This document shows positions 18,254 through 27,932 of a stretch of 64,000 nucleotides of DNA, in pieces. The position numbers and the translations under genes were made by a program. Position 1 is the stretch's first letter, and each line of letters begins with the position of its first letter. Source of the DNA: Candidatus Sulfotelmatobacter sp. (GTDB taxonomy: Bacteria > Acidobacteriota > Terriglobia > Terriglobales > Acidobacteriaceae); the NCBI GenBank assembly GCA_052148475.1, contig JBKQID010000065.1, forward strand, positions 10,246 to 74,245. The letters are read 5' to 3'. The notes under the pieces were generated by a model. It was not told the DNA's origin, did not search any database, and saw nothing but the letters and a program-made list of their open reading frames with translations.

Positions 18254-18432
18254 TCCTCCTGCCCGACCTTAATCTCTGATATCCCGCTGCTGGCGTTGGG
18301 GGTACACACTTGCCCTGCCGTTGTCGCTGAGATGCAAGAAGTTCCCGGTGTGGTTGGGCACGTTTGACGCGGGCGACCCTGAAAATACTTGCCAACCGTT
18401 GCCCGGCTTGCGGGAATCCAACACTGCGACTG

Positions 18433-20232
18433 ATGAGAGACCGCCAGGAAACACTTGTGCTCCCGACTCAGACCAGCATTTGGCAACGCCCGATTCCCCT
18501 TGCTGCCATCATTTTGTTGGCGCTAGCGATTCATGGGCCGTTGCTCGTAATGCAGCTGCCGGCGACTACGTCGTATGACGCAAACCTGCACATTTTTTTT
18601 GCGTCGCACTACGCGCATCACTGGTTCAATCCCTGGAACGAAAAATGGTTTGCCGGCTTCTCCCAAACCACCTACCCTCCGCTGACTCACCAATGGATTG
18701 CGCTGCTGTCCTATATCGTCGGGCTCACTGAGGCCTTCATGCTGGTGCAGTTGGCCGCTGTCGTCCTGCTGGCGGTGGGTGCTTACCGGTTCGCACAACT
18801 TTGGGTGGATGACCGAGCAGCCAGTTATGCAGGAGTGCTGGCCGTGTTCGCCGGGAGCATCGCATTTCTTGTTTATTCGGCGGGGCAGTTACCGACCACG
18901 ATGTCAGCAGCTTTGTATTTTCTCGCCCTGCCTTACTTCTATGCTTGGTGTATGTCAGCGAGCTGGCGATCCCTGCTGAAGGGGATTGCTCTCGCGCTGG
19001 CTGCCGCATCGGCCCATCACGTGACGCTCATCTTTGGCTCCGTGCTGTTTGCGGCGCCGGTCTTGTGGCTGGCGTGGTACGACAGACACGAGAAGGAGCA
19101 ACCTGGCGCCCCAATCATCGGGCGCGGTTTCCTGTTCGCCGCGATTGCTGCGGTGGGGGTTGGAGTCGTCCTGTTGCCCTACTGGATTGCGATCATCCGG
19201 CATCCCATCGAGCAGATGCCGATACCGCACGCCAGTCGTTCGAACTTCCTGATGAATTGGATCTATGGCATGAATTATTTCATCGTGCCGTACGGCGCTT
19301 TGATTCTGGCGTTGCCCTTCATAGTGATCAAGGGTGCATCGAATCCTCGCTTGCGAGTGCTGTTGCTTGCGTTCTGGGTTACCTTCCTCATTGCCCTGGG
19401 TGGCACGACGCCAGTGCCGCGCTGGATCTTCGGACGGGCTTTCGAAATTCTCACTTACGAGCGCTTCACGCTGTGGGCGACGGTGCTGGCGCTGCCGATT
19501 GTAGGGTTGCTGGTGGAGCAACTCATCGATCGTTTTCCACGCCGGGGTGCGATCGGCATCAGTGCAGCCGCGATCGCCAGCCTGGCGCTCGCAATGGGTT
19601 GGCTGACATGGAGCCCGTTTCGAACGTTCAGTTCGCTCAACGTAGATTCAGTAGTCGCGTTCCTGAATCGCGATGGCCACGATCAATACCGCTATCTCAC
19701 ACTTGGATTCGGCAACGCTCTCCCCAAGGTGTCGACCTATGCCAGCGCGAGCAGCGTGGATGGTGAGTACAACTCAGCCCGCCTGCTGCCCGAGATGACC
19801 CGTTACGGCGCAGCACAATTGACCAACGCGAAGTTCTTCGGGGTGGCCGGCATGGATTCGCTCCGCGCCATGCTCCAGCATGCCAACCACTATGGTCTGA
19901 AATTTATTTTCGTGCACGATCCGTTCTATGAGCCTCTTCTGGTCTTCGGCGGATGGCGCCAAGTGGAGAGCTATGACTCCGGCGCCATCACCGTATGGTC
20001 CAAGGATGACGCGCCTCCCGCGCGGATGATCCCGTCCGATGCCGTGCCGGCCCCGTGGGAAGGATGGATGTGGGGGGTCTTGCCCATCGGCAGCAGCTTC
20101 CTGGCGATTCTGTTTATTTGGTTGCTGGTCGAACCGCGCCGCACACAAGTTGAGCCGAGCCGAGTCGAGGAAGAGACCACGCTTCCCAGGGAAGTACCGG
20201 AGCAGGTCTATGCCCAAGGGGTGAGTTCATGA
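18433..20232 (+). CDS. Polytopic membrane protein, GT-C-fold-like (ArnT/PMT/YfhO-like architecture)
   Basis: The ORF track starts at TTG 18364, but ATG 18433 (MRDRQETLVLP...) is more likely. There are about 12 TM helices. An early loop reads YDANLHIFFASHYAHHWFNPWNEKWFAGFSQTTYPPLTH. A C-terminal soluble domain is followed by a final TM helix. The family call is tentative. Confidence 0.7.
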   Translation: MRDRQETLVLPTQTSIWQRPIPLAAIILLALAIHGPLLVMQLPATTSYDANLHIFFASHYAHHWFNPWNEKWFAGFSQTTYPPLTHQWIALLSYIVGLTEAFMLVQLAAVVLLAVGAYRFAQLWVDDRAASYAGVLAVFAGSIAFLVYSAGQLPTTMSAALYFLALPYFYAWCMSASWRSLLKGIALALAAASAHHVTLIFGSVLFAAPVLWLAWYDRHEKEQPGAPIIGRGFLFAAIAAVGVGVVLLPYWIAIIRHPIEQMPIPHASRSNFLMNWIYGMNYFIVPYGALILALPFIVIKGASNPRLRVLLLAFWVTFLIALGGTTPVPRWIFGRAFEILTYERFTLWATVLALPIVGLLVEQLIDRFPRRGAIGISAAAIASLALAMGWLTWSPFRTFSSLNVDSVVAFLNRDGHDQYRYLTLGFGNALPKVSTYASASSVDGEYNSARLLPEMTRYGAAQLTNAKFFGVAGMDSLRAMLQHANHYGLKFIFVHDPFYEPLLVFGGWRQVESYDSGAITVWSKDDAPPARMIPSDAVPAPWEGWMWGVLPIGSSFLAILFIWLLVEPRRTQVEPSRVEEETTLPREVPEQVYAQGVSS

Positions 20233-21335
20233 AGTGGGCACTGGCTATCTTTCTCGCTGTTGCGACCGCAGTCCTGGTTGGCTTTGCCTGGCTGCGGTCC
20301 GGAGGGCTCGCGCAGCACGCCATGTTCTCCGCGCGAACTCCGGAAGAGGCCGTGCAGGCTCTGATGAGCGAGATTCGGGCTCACGACTACCAGCAGGCTT
20401 ACGCTTCGCTCGATCGCAGTAGCGATACAGATCTGGCATCTTTCATTCGCGAGATGGCGGGAAGTGACGGCAGCTTACGCGCGTACTCGTCGCTGCAGAC
20501 CGCGGAGGTTTCGCCGTTGCACGCCGATCGTGACGAGGCCATGGTCCGACTGCGGATGAACTGGTCGAGCGCGCTGGGCTCGCTCGATGATGTGCGGGAT
20601 TTACGCGTGCGCCGCGATGGTTCGGTGTGGCGCGTGGTGTGGCCGAAACCGGCGTTTTCCACGGTGCCCCCGCAGGTGGTGTCGGTGAACTACTTGAGCT
20701 GGGACGTCATCGGCCGCAACACATCGCAGAACTGGGGAGCGCAGGACGTAGACTCGCCGAAAGTGCGCATCACGTCGATGAACGCGATCTCGCGCCCCGG
20801 TCGCATGGTGATTCTCGGAGAAGTCGAGAATGAAGACACCGTTCCCGCGTATTTGAACGTGAATGCGACGCTGCTGAAAGCGGACGGATCTGCAATTGAG
20901 GAAGAAGGCAGCTTCGATCTGATCTCGCATGTGCTCCTCCCCAAGCAGGTTTCGCCTTATCGCATAGACTTTCCGGGTGTGCGGATGGATGCGGTGAAGA
21001 GTGTGCGCATGGATGCGCGCGCTCTGCTAGTCCCGGCCAGCGCTGATCCTGTGATTGCAGTTACCGACCAAGCGGTGAGCAAGGATGGATTGGATCGAAA
21101 CGTGCTGAAGGGCGAATTGGTGAATCAAAGCGGGCGCCCCGTCAATATCGCACAGGTGCTGGCAGCCTACTACGACAACTTCGGGAAAGTCATCTGGGTC
21201 TCGGATGGTTATGTCGATCAGGCGCTCATGCCGCAGGTGCCCGTGGCGTTTGCGGTCGACATTCCGGATGACATTGCGGCGCGGCTGAAGAATTATCGCG
21301 TCATCGTCAATCACTACTCGCGGTCGAGCAACTGA
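20229..21335 (+). CDS. Membrane-anchored hypothetical protein with an NTF2-like N-domain and beta-sandwich repeats
   Basis: The start overlaps the upstream stop as ATGA at 20229..20232. The N-terminal anchor is MKWALAIFLAVATAVLVGFAWL. I recognised no family. Confidence 0.65.
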   Translation: MKWALAIFLAVATAVLVGFAWLRSGGLAQHAMFSARTPEEAVQALMSEIRAHDYQQAYASLDRSSDTDLASFIREMAGSDGSLRAYSSLQTAEVSPLHADRDEAMVRLRMNWSSALGSLDDVRDLRVRRDGSVWRVVWPKPAFSTVPPQVVSVNYLSWDVIGRNTSQNWGAQDVDSPKVRITSMNAISRPGRMVILGEVENEDTVPAYLNVNATLLKADGSAIEEEGSFDLISHVLLPKQVSPYRIDFPGVRMDAVKSVRMDARALLVPASADPVIAVTDQAVSKDGLDRNVLKGELVNQSGRPVNIAQVLAAYYDNFGKVIWVSDGYVDQALMPQVPVAFAVDIPDDIAARLKNYRVIVNHYSRSSN

Positions 21336-21336
21336 C

Positions 21337-22233
21337 ATGAAGCGCACTACCTGTAGCAATTTCGCATTTTGCAGGCGCCTGTCGGCGTTGTTGTGTATAT
21401 CGCTGTCGTACGTCTTGCCCGGCTCGGCACAGGCTGCGGAACTGCGTGTGCCCGCTACCGTGGAAGCTGGGCAACCCTTCTCGATTCCAGTCGGGGGTTC
21501 CGGGCAAGCCACTTTCTATCTTCTCGGGCCCGACCATGTCGTGAAACGCAGTGTGATCCTCGGGAGTGAGTTACAGATTCAGTCCAGCGATGTGCGCAGC
21601 GCGGGACGCTACCAGGTAATCCTCTGCTACCCATCATGCACTTCCGCAACGTTCGGGGTGACAGCCGCGCCACCGGCGCACCTGAGCTTTTTTCTTCACC
21701 CTTCGCGCGTACCGGTCTCCACTCGCGATTCGATTGATGCCACTGCATTTGTGTTTGATCAGTATTTCAATTTGATTTGGACTCCGGCTGCAGTCGATTT
21801 TCGCATCACTCCGGCCGGGGGGGCCGGTTTTTCACGGCGAGGCTCCACGCGGCACGGGGTAGCCTGGATGCGCATGGACTCCACACCACATGAGGGGCGG
21901 GTTCAGGTGACTGCGGTCGTGGGCAACGTTGTAGAAGCGAGAGTGATCCAACAGGTCGCCGCAGAAGCCTGCGGATTGCGCATGAAAACTGTGGCCAACG
22001 GGAATAGGGTGACCATCGAAACCGATCCCGTGCGCGATTGCAGCGGCAATACACTTCCCGACGGTACCATCGTTTCATTCACCAAGATTGACAAGTTGGG
22101 CAAGAGCACGGTGGACACGCCGATCAAGAAAGGCATCGCGCGAGTGCAGTTCAGCGTTCACGGGCGAGCCCAGATCAGCGTTGCGTGCGGCGTGGTGCTG
22201 GGCAATGAAGTCGCCCTCGACGGAGGATTATGA
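21337..22233 (+). CDS. Secreted hypothetical protein with Ig-like beta-sandwich repeats
   Basis: The ATG lies 1 nt after the upstream stop. The signal peptide is LSALLCISLSYVLPGSAQA. The composition is beta-rich and I recognised no family. Confidence 0.65.
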   Translation: MKRTTCSNFAFCRRLSALLCISLSYVLPGSAQAAELRVPATVEAGQPFSIPVGGSGQATFYLLGPDHVVKRSVILGSELQIQSSDVRSAGRYQVILCYPSCTSATFGVTAAPPAHLSFFLHPSRVPVSTRDSIDATAFVFDQYFNLIWTPAAVDFRITPAGGAGFSRRGSTRHGVAWMRMDSTPHEGRVQVTAVVGNVVEARVIQQVAAEACGLRMKTVANGNRVTIETDPVRDCSGNTLPDGTIVSFTKIDKLGKSTVDTPIKKGIARVQFSVHGRAQISVACGVVLGNEVALDGGL

Positions 22234-22808
22234 AAACCATCGTCGCCAGTACATTGGCGCTCAAGAAGGTTAAGCCTGGGTTGGTCAAGCATGGTTTCGT
22301 CAAAGGTGCGAGCTTCGTGATCGCAGTTTGTGTTCTGGCGATCGCCCAGTCGTCGGCGCCGATTCACCTCCCTCAGGTCCACCTCGATGCTGACGGACTC
22401 GTGCCGCGTCCCATTGAAGAACTCACGGGAACGACGGTTGCGCGCCATTACGCGCTGGCGTGGCATGATCTGGCGGAGGCCATGGAATCTGGCCGAACCG
22501 AAGGACTCGGCGAAGAGTTCGTCGGATTCGCACATGATCGCCTTATGCGGCGAATCGGTGAGCAAGAGCAGGCGGGCCTGCATGTTCGGATCGTCGATCA
22601 TGGCCACCATCTGAAGGCGGTGTTTTATTCCACCGATGGGACTGCCATGCAACTCCTCGATCAAGTCCAGTTGGAGATCCAGACCTTCGACGGAAACAAA
22701 TTGCTCGATACCCAGAATGCGCCCCACCAGTACATCGTTCTTATGACCCCCGGCGCAGATCGCTGGTACATTCGCGATCTTGAGGAAGTTTCTGCCAAAT
22801 CCTTCTAA
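22230..22808 (+). CDS. Membrane-anchored hypothetical protein (NTF2/Tim44-like pattern)
   Basis: The start overlaps the upstream stop as ATGA at 22230..22233. The TM anchor is GASFVIAVCVLAIAQS. The C-terminus (YIVLMTPGADRWYIRDLEEV) is reminiscent of NTF2-like folds. The call is tentative. Confidence 0.6.
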   Translation: MKTIVASTLALKKVKPGLVKHGFVKGASFVIAVCVLAIAQSSAPIHLPQVHLDADGLVPRPIEELTGTTVARHYALAWHDLAEAMESGRTEGLGEEFVGFAHDRLMRRIGEQEQAGLHVRIVDHGHHLKAVFYSTDGTAMQLLDQVQLEIQTFDGNKLLDTQNAPHQYIVLMTPGADRWYIRDLEEVSAKSF

Positions 22809-22883
22809 GGCCGGCCTTGGACACCTGCTTCGAACCAACTGTTGGCAGCGCCGTTTCATCGTAACCAGAGCGGGAAGTCGCGG

Positions 22884-23876
22884 ATGAAACTCTATCAGCT
22901 TGTTCTATTGACGCACGTCTTAATCGTGGGTGCGACTCCGAATGCGTGCACGCACGCGAGTTCGCGCACTCTCGCCCTCAAAGATATCTCTGCCTCATCA
23001 GGCAACCCCAAGGTTCTTGCGGACTACCAGCCATGGTTCGGCGACCCGGACCATATCGACGTCGGCTATAACAGCCAGGACCCGAATGTCCTGCGCAAAC
23101 AAATTGAGGATGCCCGCAACCTGGGCATCTATGCCTTCGTGGTGGATTGGTACGGTCCAAGGCGTCCTTTTCTCGATCGTAGTACGGCACTCTTGCAGCG
23201 AATCGCCAGCGAGCAGCATTTTCACATCGCGCTCATGTACGACGAAACCCAGGATGACAATGGACACGCAACCGAAGACGCGATGGAGGCGATGGAACTG
23301 GCGTACCAGAAATATATCGGCCCCAACGCCCCTGGACGCGAGGCCTACCTGCTGTACCAGGGACGGCCGGTCGTCTTTGTGTTTCCCAAGCGCGGCCACA
23401 CGGATTGGAATCAGGTTCGCCAGCAGGTGAATCAGTGGGAATCGCCGCCAATCCTGCTGTATGAGGACGACCCGCCGGTTCAGTTCGCCAAAACTTTCGA
23501 CGGTGAGTACGCATGGGTGTATCCCGGGCGCGCGGGGTGGACTCCGGACGGTCATGCGTGGGGCGAAGATTACCTGGATGATTTCTACACGAAGATGCGA
23601 ACCAAGCATGCGGACGAAGTTACCGTGGGCGGGGCGTGGCCCGGCTTCAACGACGCCAAGGCTTCCTGGAGCTTGAACCGGCACATCGACGCACGGTGCG
23701 GAAAGACCTTCGAAGATACCCTCCGCTTATTCGACGAGAACAACGAACCATCTCACCCTGTTCCGTTCCTCATGATCGCAACCTGGAACGATTACGAAGA
23801 AGGAACTGCGATTGAGCGCGGCCTGCCGCATTGTGACGAATCGAAGGCGGCCATCGGGGCCGTAGGACGTCCATGA
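22884..23876 (+). CDS. Secreted (beta/alpha)8 glycoside-hydrolase-like protein (GH99/GH71-like pattern)
   Basis: The start is an internal ATG at 22884 (MKLYQLVLLTHVLIVG). Supporting motifs are YQPWFGDPDHIDVGYNSQDPNVLRKQIEDARNLGIYAFVVDWYG and IATWNDYEEGTAIE, which resembles the (S/T)(F/W)N(E/D)(W/Y).EG..IE motif. Confidence 0.7.
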   Translation: MKLYQLVLLTHVLIVGATPNACTHASSRTLALKDISASSGNPKVLADYQPWFGDPDHIDVGYNSQDPNVLRKQIEDARNLGIYAFVVDWYGPRRPFLDRSTALLQRIASEQHFHIALMYDETQDDNGHATEDAMEAMELAYQKYIGPNAPGREAYLLYQGRPVVFVFPKRGHTDWNQVRQQVNQWESPPILLYEDDPPVQFAKTFDGEYAWVYPGRAGWTPDGHAWGEDYLDDFYTKMRTKHADEVTVGGAWPGFNDAKASWSLNRHIDARCGKTFEDTLRLFDENNEPSHPVPFLMIATWNDYEEGTAIERGLPHCDESKAAIGAVGRP

Positions 23877-25000
23877 CGAGGGCAAGAGAAAGCGCAGCGG
23901 CGATGTTCGAGACGCTGGCGGTCTTACATCTGCATACGCTAACACCCAGGCAGCGAGGCGAAAGCCCGCAGATGCAGATGGAAGAGGTGCTCACGCGAGT
24001 GCAACGGATGTCGAAGGAGGAGTTGTCTGACTTTCTTCGCTTTGCGGAGCTGCAACGCGTATACCTTCGCACGTTACAACTTTTAGAGAAATGGGATGCG
24101 GTTGGTGCAGCAGCGTCGCGGTTTGTCGGACCTCTCGGCCTTAAGGATGTGATGCAAGTCGAGGAACGGCAGATCGGACGCGCGCTCGCGGTTCTGGAAA
24201 AAGTTGTGCTCGCGCTCGAACTGACCGGGCACTCCCCCGTCGTAATTAAGACTCTCGATCACTGGCCCGATCTAGGCAGCGATCTTGACCTGTTTATCGC
24301 AGCCAGCGAAGCTGATACCGTGCGCGCGATGCAGAGCGAACTGCGAGCTGAGCCGCAGCCGCGGAGTTGGGGTGATCGATTGGCGCACAAATGGAACTTC
24401 CGGATTCCAGGACTACGCCAGTTGGTGGAGATCCACGTGGGCTGCCTGGGACAAACCGGTGAACAAGTCACCCTGCCCCTCCACTTGGAAGAAACCAGTG
24501 TGGTGCGCGAAATAGGTGCTTTTAGCTTTCGCGTCCCGGCTCCAGAGGAACAGGTCGCGCTGGCAACTCTGCAAAGGATGTATCGCCATTTCTACATTCG
24601 TTTGACCGACCTGCTCAACCTTACTGGGCTGGTGCGGGCCGGCAGTCTCGACTTTGCGCAGTTGCGCTCGTCCGCCGAGCGCTGGTCGATATGGCCGGGA
24701 GTGGCGACGCTGCTGAAGATTACTTCGGACTATAACGAGCGAGCGGGCGTTGGTCCGCTCCCGCTGCCAGAGTTTGTGATGCGTGCGGCCCGTTTCGGGG
24801 CCGACGTCACGTACGTCGGGGAACAGTTCTTACGCGTGCCCCTGGTACGGCAGGGTTCGCAACTGTTCCTGCATCAACTCATTGGAACAGGAGCGGCGCG
24901 ACACTTTCGCTCTGCGGCGCGCTTGTCTCTATTGCCGGTGCTGGCTGCCGCCGCATTCGTCAACCTGCGGATGACCGGCGACGACAAGGGAATTTGGTAG
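23873..25000 (+). CDS. Uncharacterised nucleotidyltransferase-family protein (NTP_transf_5-like)
   Basis: The start overlaps the upstream stop as ATGA at 23873..23876. VVIKTLDHWPDLGSDLDLFI fits the G(S/D)-D-hD-hh nucleotidyltransferase motif of that family. Confidence 0.65.
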   Translation: MTRARESAAAMFETLAVLHLHTLTPRQRGESPQMQMEEVLTRVQRMSKEELSDFLRFAELQRVYLRTLQLLEKWDAVGAAASRFVGPLGLKDVMQVEERQIGRALAVLEKVVLALELTGHSPVVIKTLDHWPDLGSDLDLFIAASEADTVRAMQSELRAEPQPRSWGDRLAHKWNFRIPGLRQLVEIHVGCLGQTGEQVTLPLHLEETSVVREIGAFSFRVPAPEEQVALATLQRMYRHFYIRLTDLLNLTGLVRAGSLDFAQLRSSAERWSIWPGVATLLKITSDYNERAGVGPLPLPEFVMRAARFGADVTYVGEQFLRVPLVRQGSQLFLHQLIGTGAARHFRSAARLSLLPVLAAAAFVNLRMTGDDKGIW

Positions 25001-25154
25001 CTTCGCTACAGCGAAGACTGATTCGCTGGGGCAGGCCACCGACTGGGGACAAGGTCTCGGTTCGGCGTGATTCGCCTTCAGCTCGCTCTTCGAACTGTGT
25101 TTGCGCACCCAGAGTTTATGCACGTAACCTAAAAATACATTTGGGGTGAACCTT

Positions 25155-25319
25155 ATGATTCGGCTGCCAATACTGAAGGATGAGTTGGTCTTTCTGGAAA
25201 ACCTCTTGCCGGAGTTAGAAACAAGGCCGGATTTAGGACATTTGGCGCTCGGGATCAAGAAACAGATTGCCAAGATTCGTCAGGAGATTCTAGTGTTGCA
25301 GAAAGAGAAATCAAGCTGA
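25155..25319 (+). CDS. Possible 54-aa coiled-coil small protein, below the ORF-track cutoff
   Basis: ATG 25155 is preceded by GGGGTGA. The peptide is MIRLPILKDELVFLENLLPELETRPDLGHLALGIKKQIAKIRQEILVLQKEKSS, and the stop is 25317..25319. It lies in an otherwise empty, lower-GC 490-bp gap. I have no homology evidence. Confidence 0.25.
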   Translation: MIRLPILKDELVFLENLLPELETRPDLGHLALGIKKQIAKIRQEILVLQKEKSS

Positions 25320-25490
25320 CGGAAGTTCCAAAAGCGAAATGCGGGCGAAACGGGACGCGCTGGTGCGGCTCTCTAAAGAAGTCTCCCTTATCACTCGCAA
25401 CTGATTTGTCGTGCGTTACTTGAGACGCTATAACTCCGTATTACGAGCGTGCGATTTTCCAGCATCATCTTCGTGTCAAGTCCTATCGAC

Positions 25491-26570
25491 TCAAGCCAGC
25501 TTCCGCATCCAGAAACTGGAGGGCCAGATGTGGTCGCCATCGCGCGTGGGAAGGAAACGCCGCTTTTTGGGGGGCATGTTGCGATAGCTGTGCTGCCAGT
25601 GCGGGAAAGCTCTCTCCAGCGCAGTGGTTGCGCGACTTTGCATGGAACTGCTGCCCCACAGCACTTCGAATTGCGGATTGAACATCAGCAAGGCCTGCAG
25701 CAGGTACTGCTCGGACCAGAAGGCGAGATTGTGCAAGACCGCCTCGCGGGGATAGTCGGAGGGGATGAAGATGTCATGAGCGTGGATCAGCACACCGGGG
25801 GCGATGCGAGGGACGATTTCGAGATACTCGCGCACCACATCACTGCCGATTCCCACGACGTGACTGGAGTCCAGAAACAGGAAGTCGCCGCTTTGCAGGC
25901 TGAGGAATACGTCGAGGTCCACATTCTGGATGGTCTGGGGAATGAGATGGACGCGATCGCTCAGCGCGTTCTTGGGGAATCGATCCGGGAATGGGTCAAT
26001 GGTGATCAGCTCGCCACGCACTCCATCCAGCTTCAGGTTTAGATCGAGGGCAGCTGCCATGACACGGCTGCTGTAACCGCCTCCCACTTCCACGATCCGT
26101 CGCGGCTTGTAATGGCGAACCAGGCAGTAGGCGATCTCCGCATCGACGGTCTCGAAGAAGCCATTGCTGTAGTTGTAGCCCACGCTGAAGAAGGGTGCCG
26201 AGTCCGATGCCCATTCGCTCTGGTATTGCGGAACCACGGTTTGCAGGAAATCCAATTGCCGGTCGAAGGCAAGGTCAAAACCGACCGGCACTTCCTCGGC
26301 TGGCCATTTCCGGGTTTCAAGTTCGCGGAAGTCGGGCACAGGCCAGTAGTAGTGGTTCGGACTCACCGTGATCCCGATGCGCTGGAACATGCGGAACACA
26401 TGTCGCATGATGGCCAGTGCCGTCTCATTTTCGTGCAACTTGCGGGCCAGGCTGAGCAGCGGTCCGCGATCGCGGATCATTTCGGGCTGGCCATCTTTTT
26501 CGGGAGGGACTCCATGAAAGGCCGGGATTTGAGCGGGAGATCGGACAGCTGGCAGTTCATTCAACGACAT
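25491..26570 (-). CDS. Class I SAM-dependent methyltransferase
   Basis: The gene lies in ORF 25491..26717. I prefer ATG 26570 because GGAGG sits 4 nt upstream. Motif I is IVEVGGGYSS, and a later FLFLDSSH is typical of Methyltransf_24/CmcI-like enzymes. Confidence 0.75.
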   Translation of the reverse strand: MSLNELPAVRSPAQIPAFHGVPPEKDGQPEMIRDRGPLLSLARKLHENETALAIMRHVFRMFQRIGITVSPNHYYWPVPDFRELETRKWPAEEVPVGFDLAFDRQLDFLQTVVPQYQSEWASDSAPFFSVGYNYSNGFFETVDAEIAYCLVRHYKPRRIVEVGGGYSSRVMAAALDLNLKLDGVRGELITIDPFPDRFPKNALSDRVHLIPQTIQNVDLDVFLSLQSGDFLFLDSSHVVGIGSDVVREYLEIVPRIAPGVLIHAHDIFIPSDYPREAVLHNLAFWSEQYLLQALLMFNPQFEVLWGSSSMQSRATTALERAFPHWQHSYRNMPPKKRRFLPTRDGDHIWPSSFWMRKLA

Positions 26571-26969
26571 GTGCCTCCGCGGAATGCTCGAAACGAATGT
26601 GCCAAATTCTGATGCAGAATAACGCGGGTGTGGCGTAAGAATTTTGGAAAAGAGTGCGGCTTCAGTCCTTTCCGGGATGCGTAGCGGAAGGATCGAGAGA
26701 CAGGGCTCAAGAGGCATCGGGCAAGGTGCCGTTCCGCTCGGCGAAAACCCTTACGTGCGATCGAGAGATGCCTTAGTTTCCGCTAGCGGCGTCATATCGC
26801 ACATCTTGGCTACTCGAAATGCGGCGCCCATATACGGTGTCCACTGCATGGACGCAGGCGCCTGCCCACCGTAAGGTAATTGAGGACGCATAGGTCAGCA
26901 TATGAATTTCTGTTCGACGCGAGTGCCGCTTGGTTTGAGCGGATTCAGTTCGTTATCGCAGGAGATGCC

Positions 26970-27932
26970 ATGACCAGGCTGGAACTGGCCATGCCAACTG
27001 AATCTGTAGATCGCGTCGGTAAAGCTGAGGCGGGTGCCACGCTTCCCATTCGGGAAGTGCGCCTCCGTGGGATTTCGCAACCAGTTCTATCGCCGAATGC
27101 GTTTACGCTTAGCGACTCCTGGGGCCGGCACGGGGTTTCGACAACGCGGAGCGCACTGGGTTCGTTCCTGGTACACGCGCTGGTCATTGTGGCGGCCTTC
27201 TCACTGCTGACCCATGAAGTACGATCCGAGGCGAAACCGGTTGTGAGAGTCACACTCATCGCACCTTACCTCGAATCTTACGCATTGCCGCTGGCCAAAA
27301 AGCAGGCTGGGGGAGGCGGCGGGGGTGGAGATCGCGACAAGCTCCAAGCGCCGCGAGGGGCGCTCCCGCGCGTGGCCAAGCAACAAATCACACCTCCGCA
27401 GATCGTGGTACGCAATGAATATCCGAAGCTGACCGCCGTACCGACGGTGGTTGCGCCACCACAGATCCAGATGGCCGCCTCCACGCCGAACCTGGGAGTT
27501 CCGGCCGCGGCAGCCCTGCCAACCATCGCCGCGTCCAACGGGACTGGGTCGGGCGGCGGTATTGGTTCAGGCTCAGGCGGAGGGGTTGGTAAGGGGTCGG
27601 GCCCCGGAGTAGGCGAAGGATACGGCGGTGGCGCCGGCGGAGGAGCATATAAAGTTGGCGGATCTGTGCTGGCACCGCGTCCGTTGGCCATGCCCGATCC
27701 GGACTACACCGAACAAGCGCGCGAAGCCAAGTTGCAGGGTATGTGCGTACTGAAGCTGATTGTGGGAGCGGACGGAAGACCACGGGATATTCGTGTGATC
27801 CGCCCCTTGGGGATGGGTCTGGACGAAAAGGCGATGGCTGCCGTGAGTCAATGGACCTTCGCGCCGGCAACCAAAGATGGCACGCCGGTGCCCGTTCTGA
27901 TCAGCGTGCAGGTGATTTTCAAACTGAATTGA
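26970..27932 (+). CDS. TonB-family energy transducer
   Basis: ATG 26970 is preceded by GCAGGAG. The TM anchor is LGSFLVHALVIVAAFSLL. The linker is Gly-rich. The C-terminus (PDPDYTEQAREAKLQGMCVLKLIVGADGRPRDIRVIRPLGMGLDEKAMAAVSQWTFAPATKDGTPV) fits the TonB_C domain. Confidence 0.8.
   Translation: MTRLELAMPTESVDRVGKAEAGATLPIREVRLRGISQPVLSPNAFTLSDSWGRHGVSTTRSALGSFLVHALVIVAAFSLLTHEVRSEAKPVVRVTLIAPYLESYALPLAKKQAGGGGGGGDRDKLQAPRGALPRVAKQQITPPQIVVRNEYPKLTAVPTVVAPPQIQMAASTPNLGVPAAAALPTIAASNGTGSGGGIGSGSGGGVGKGSGPGVGEGYGGGAGGGAYKVGGSVLAPRPLAMPDPDYTEQAREAKLQGMCVLKLIVGADGRPRDIRVIRPLGMGLDEKAMAAVSQWTFAPATKDGTPVPVLISVQVIFKLN

Noticed and set aside
22827-22836. A T-loop-like GGTTCGAAGC (minus strand) in the 75-bp gap before the glycoside-hydrolase gene, considered as a possible tRNA.
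   Set aside because: No acceptor, D or anticodon stems can be drawn around it, and the gap is too short for a tRNA plus flanks.
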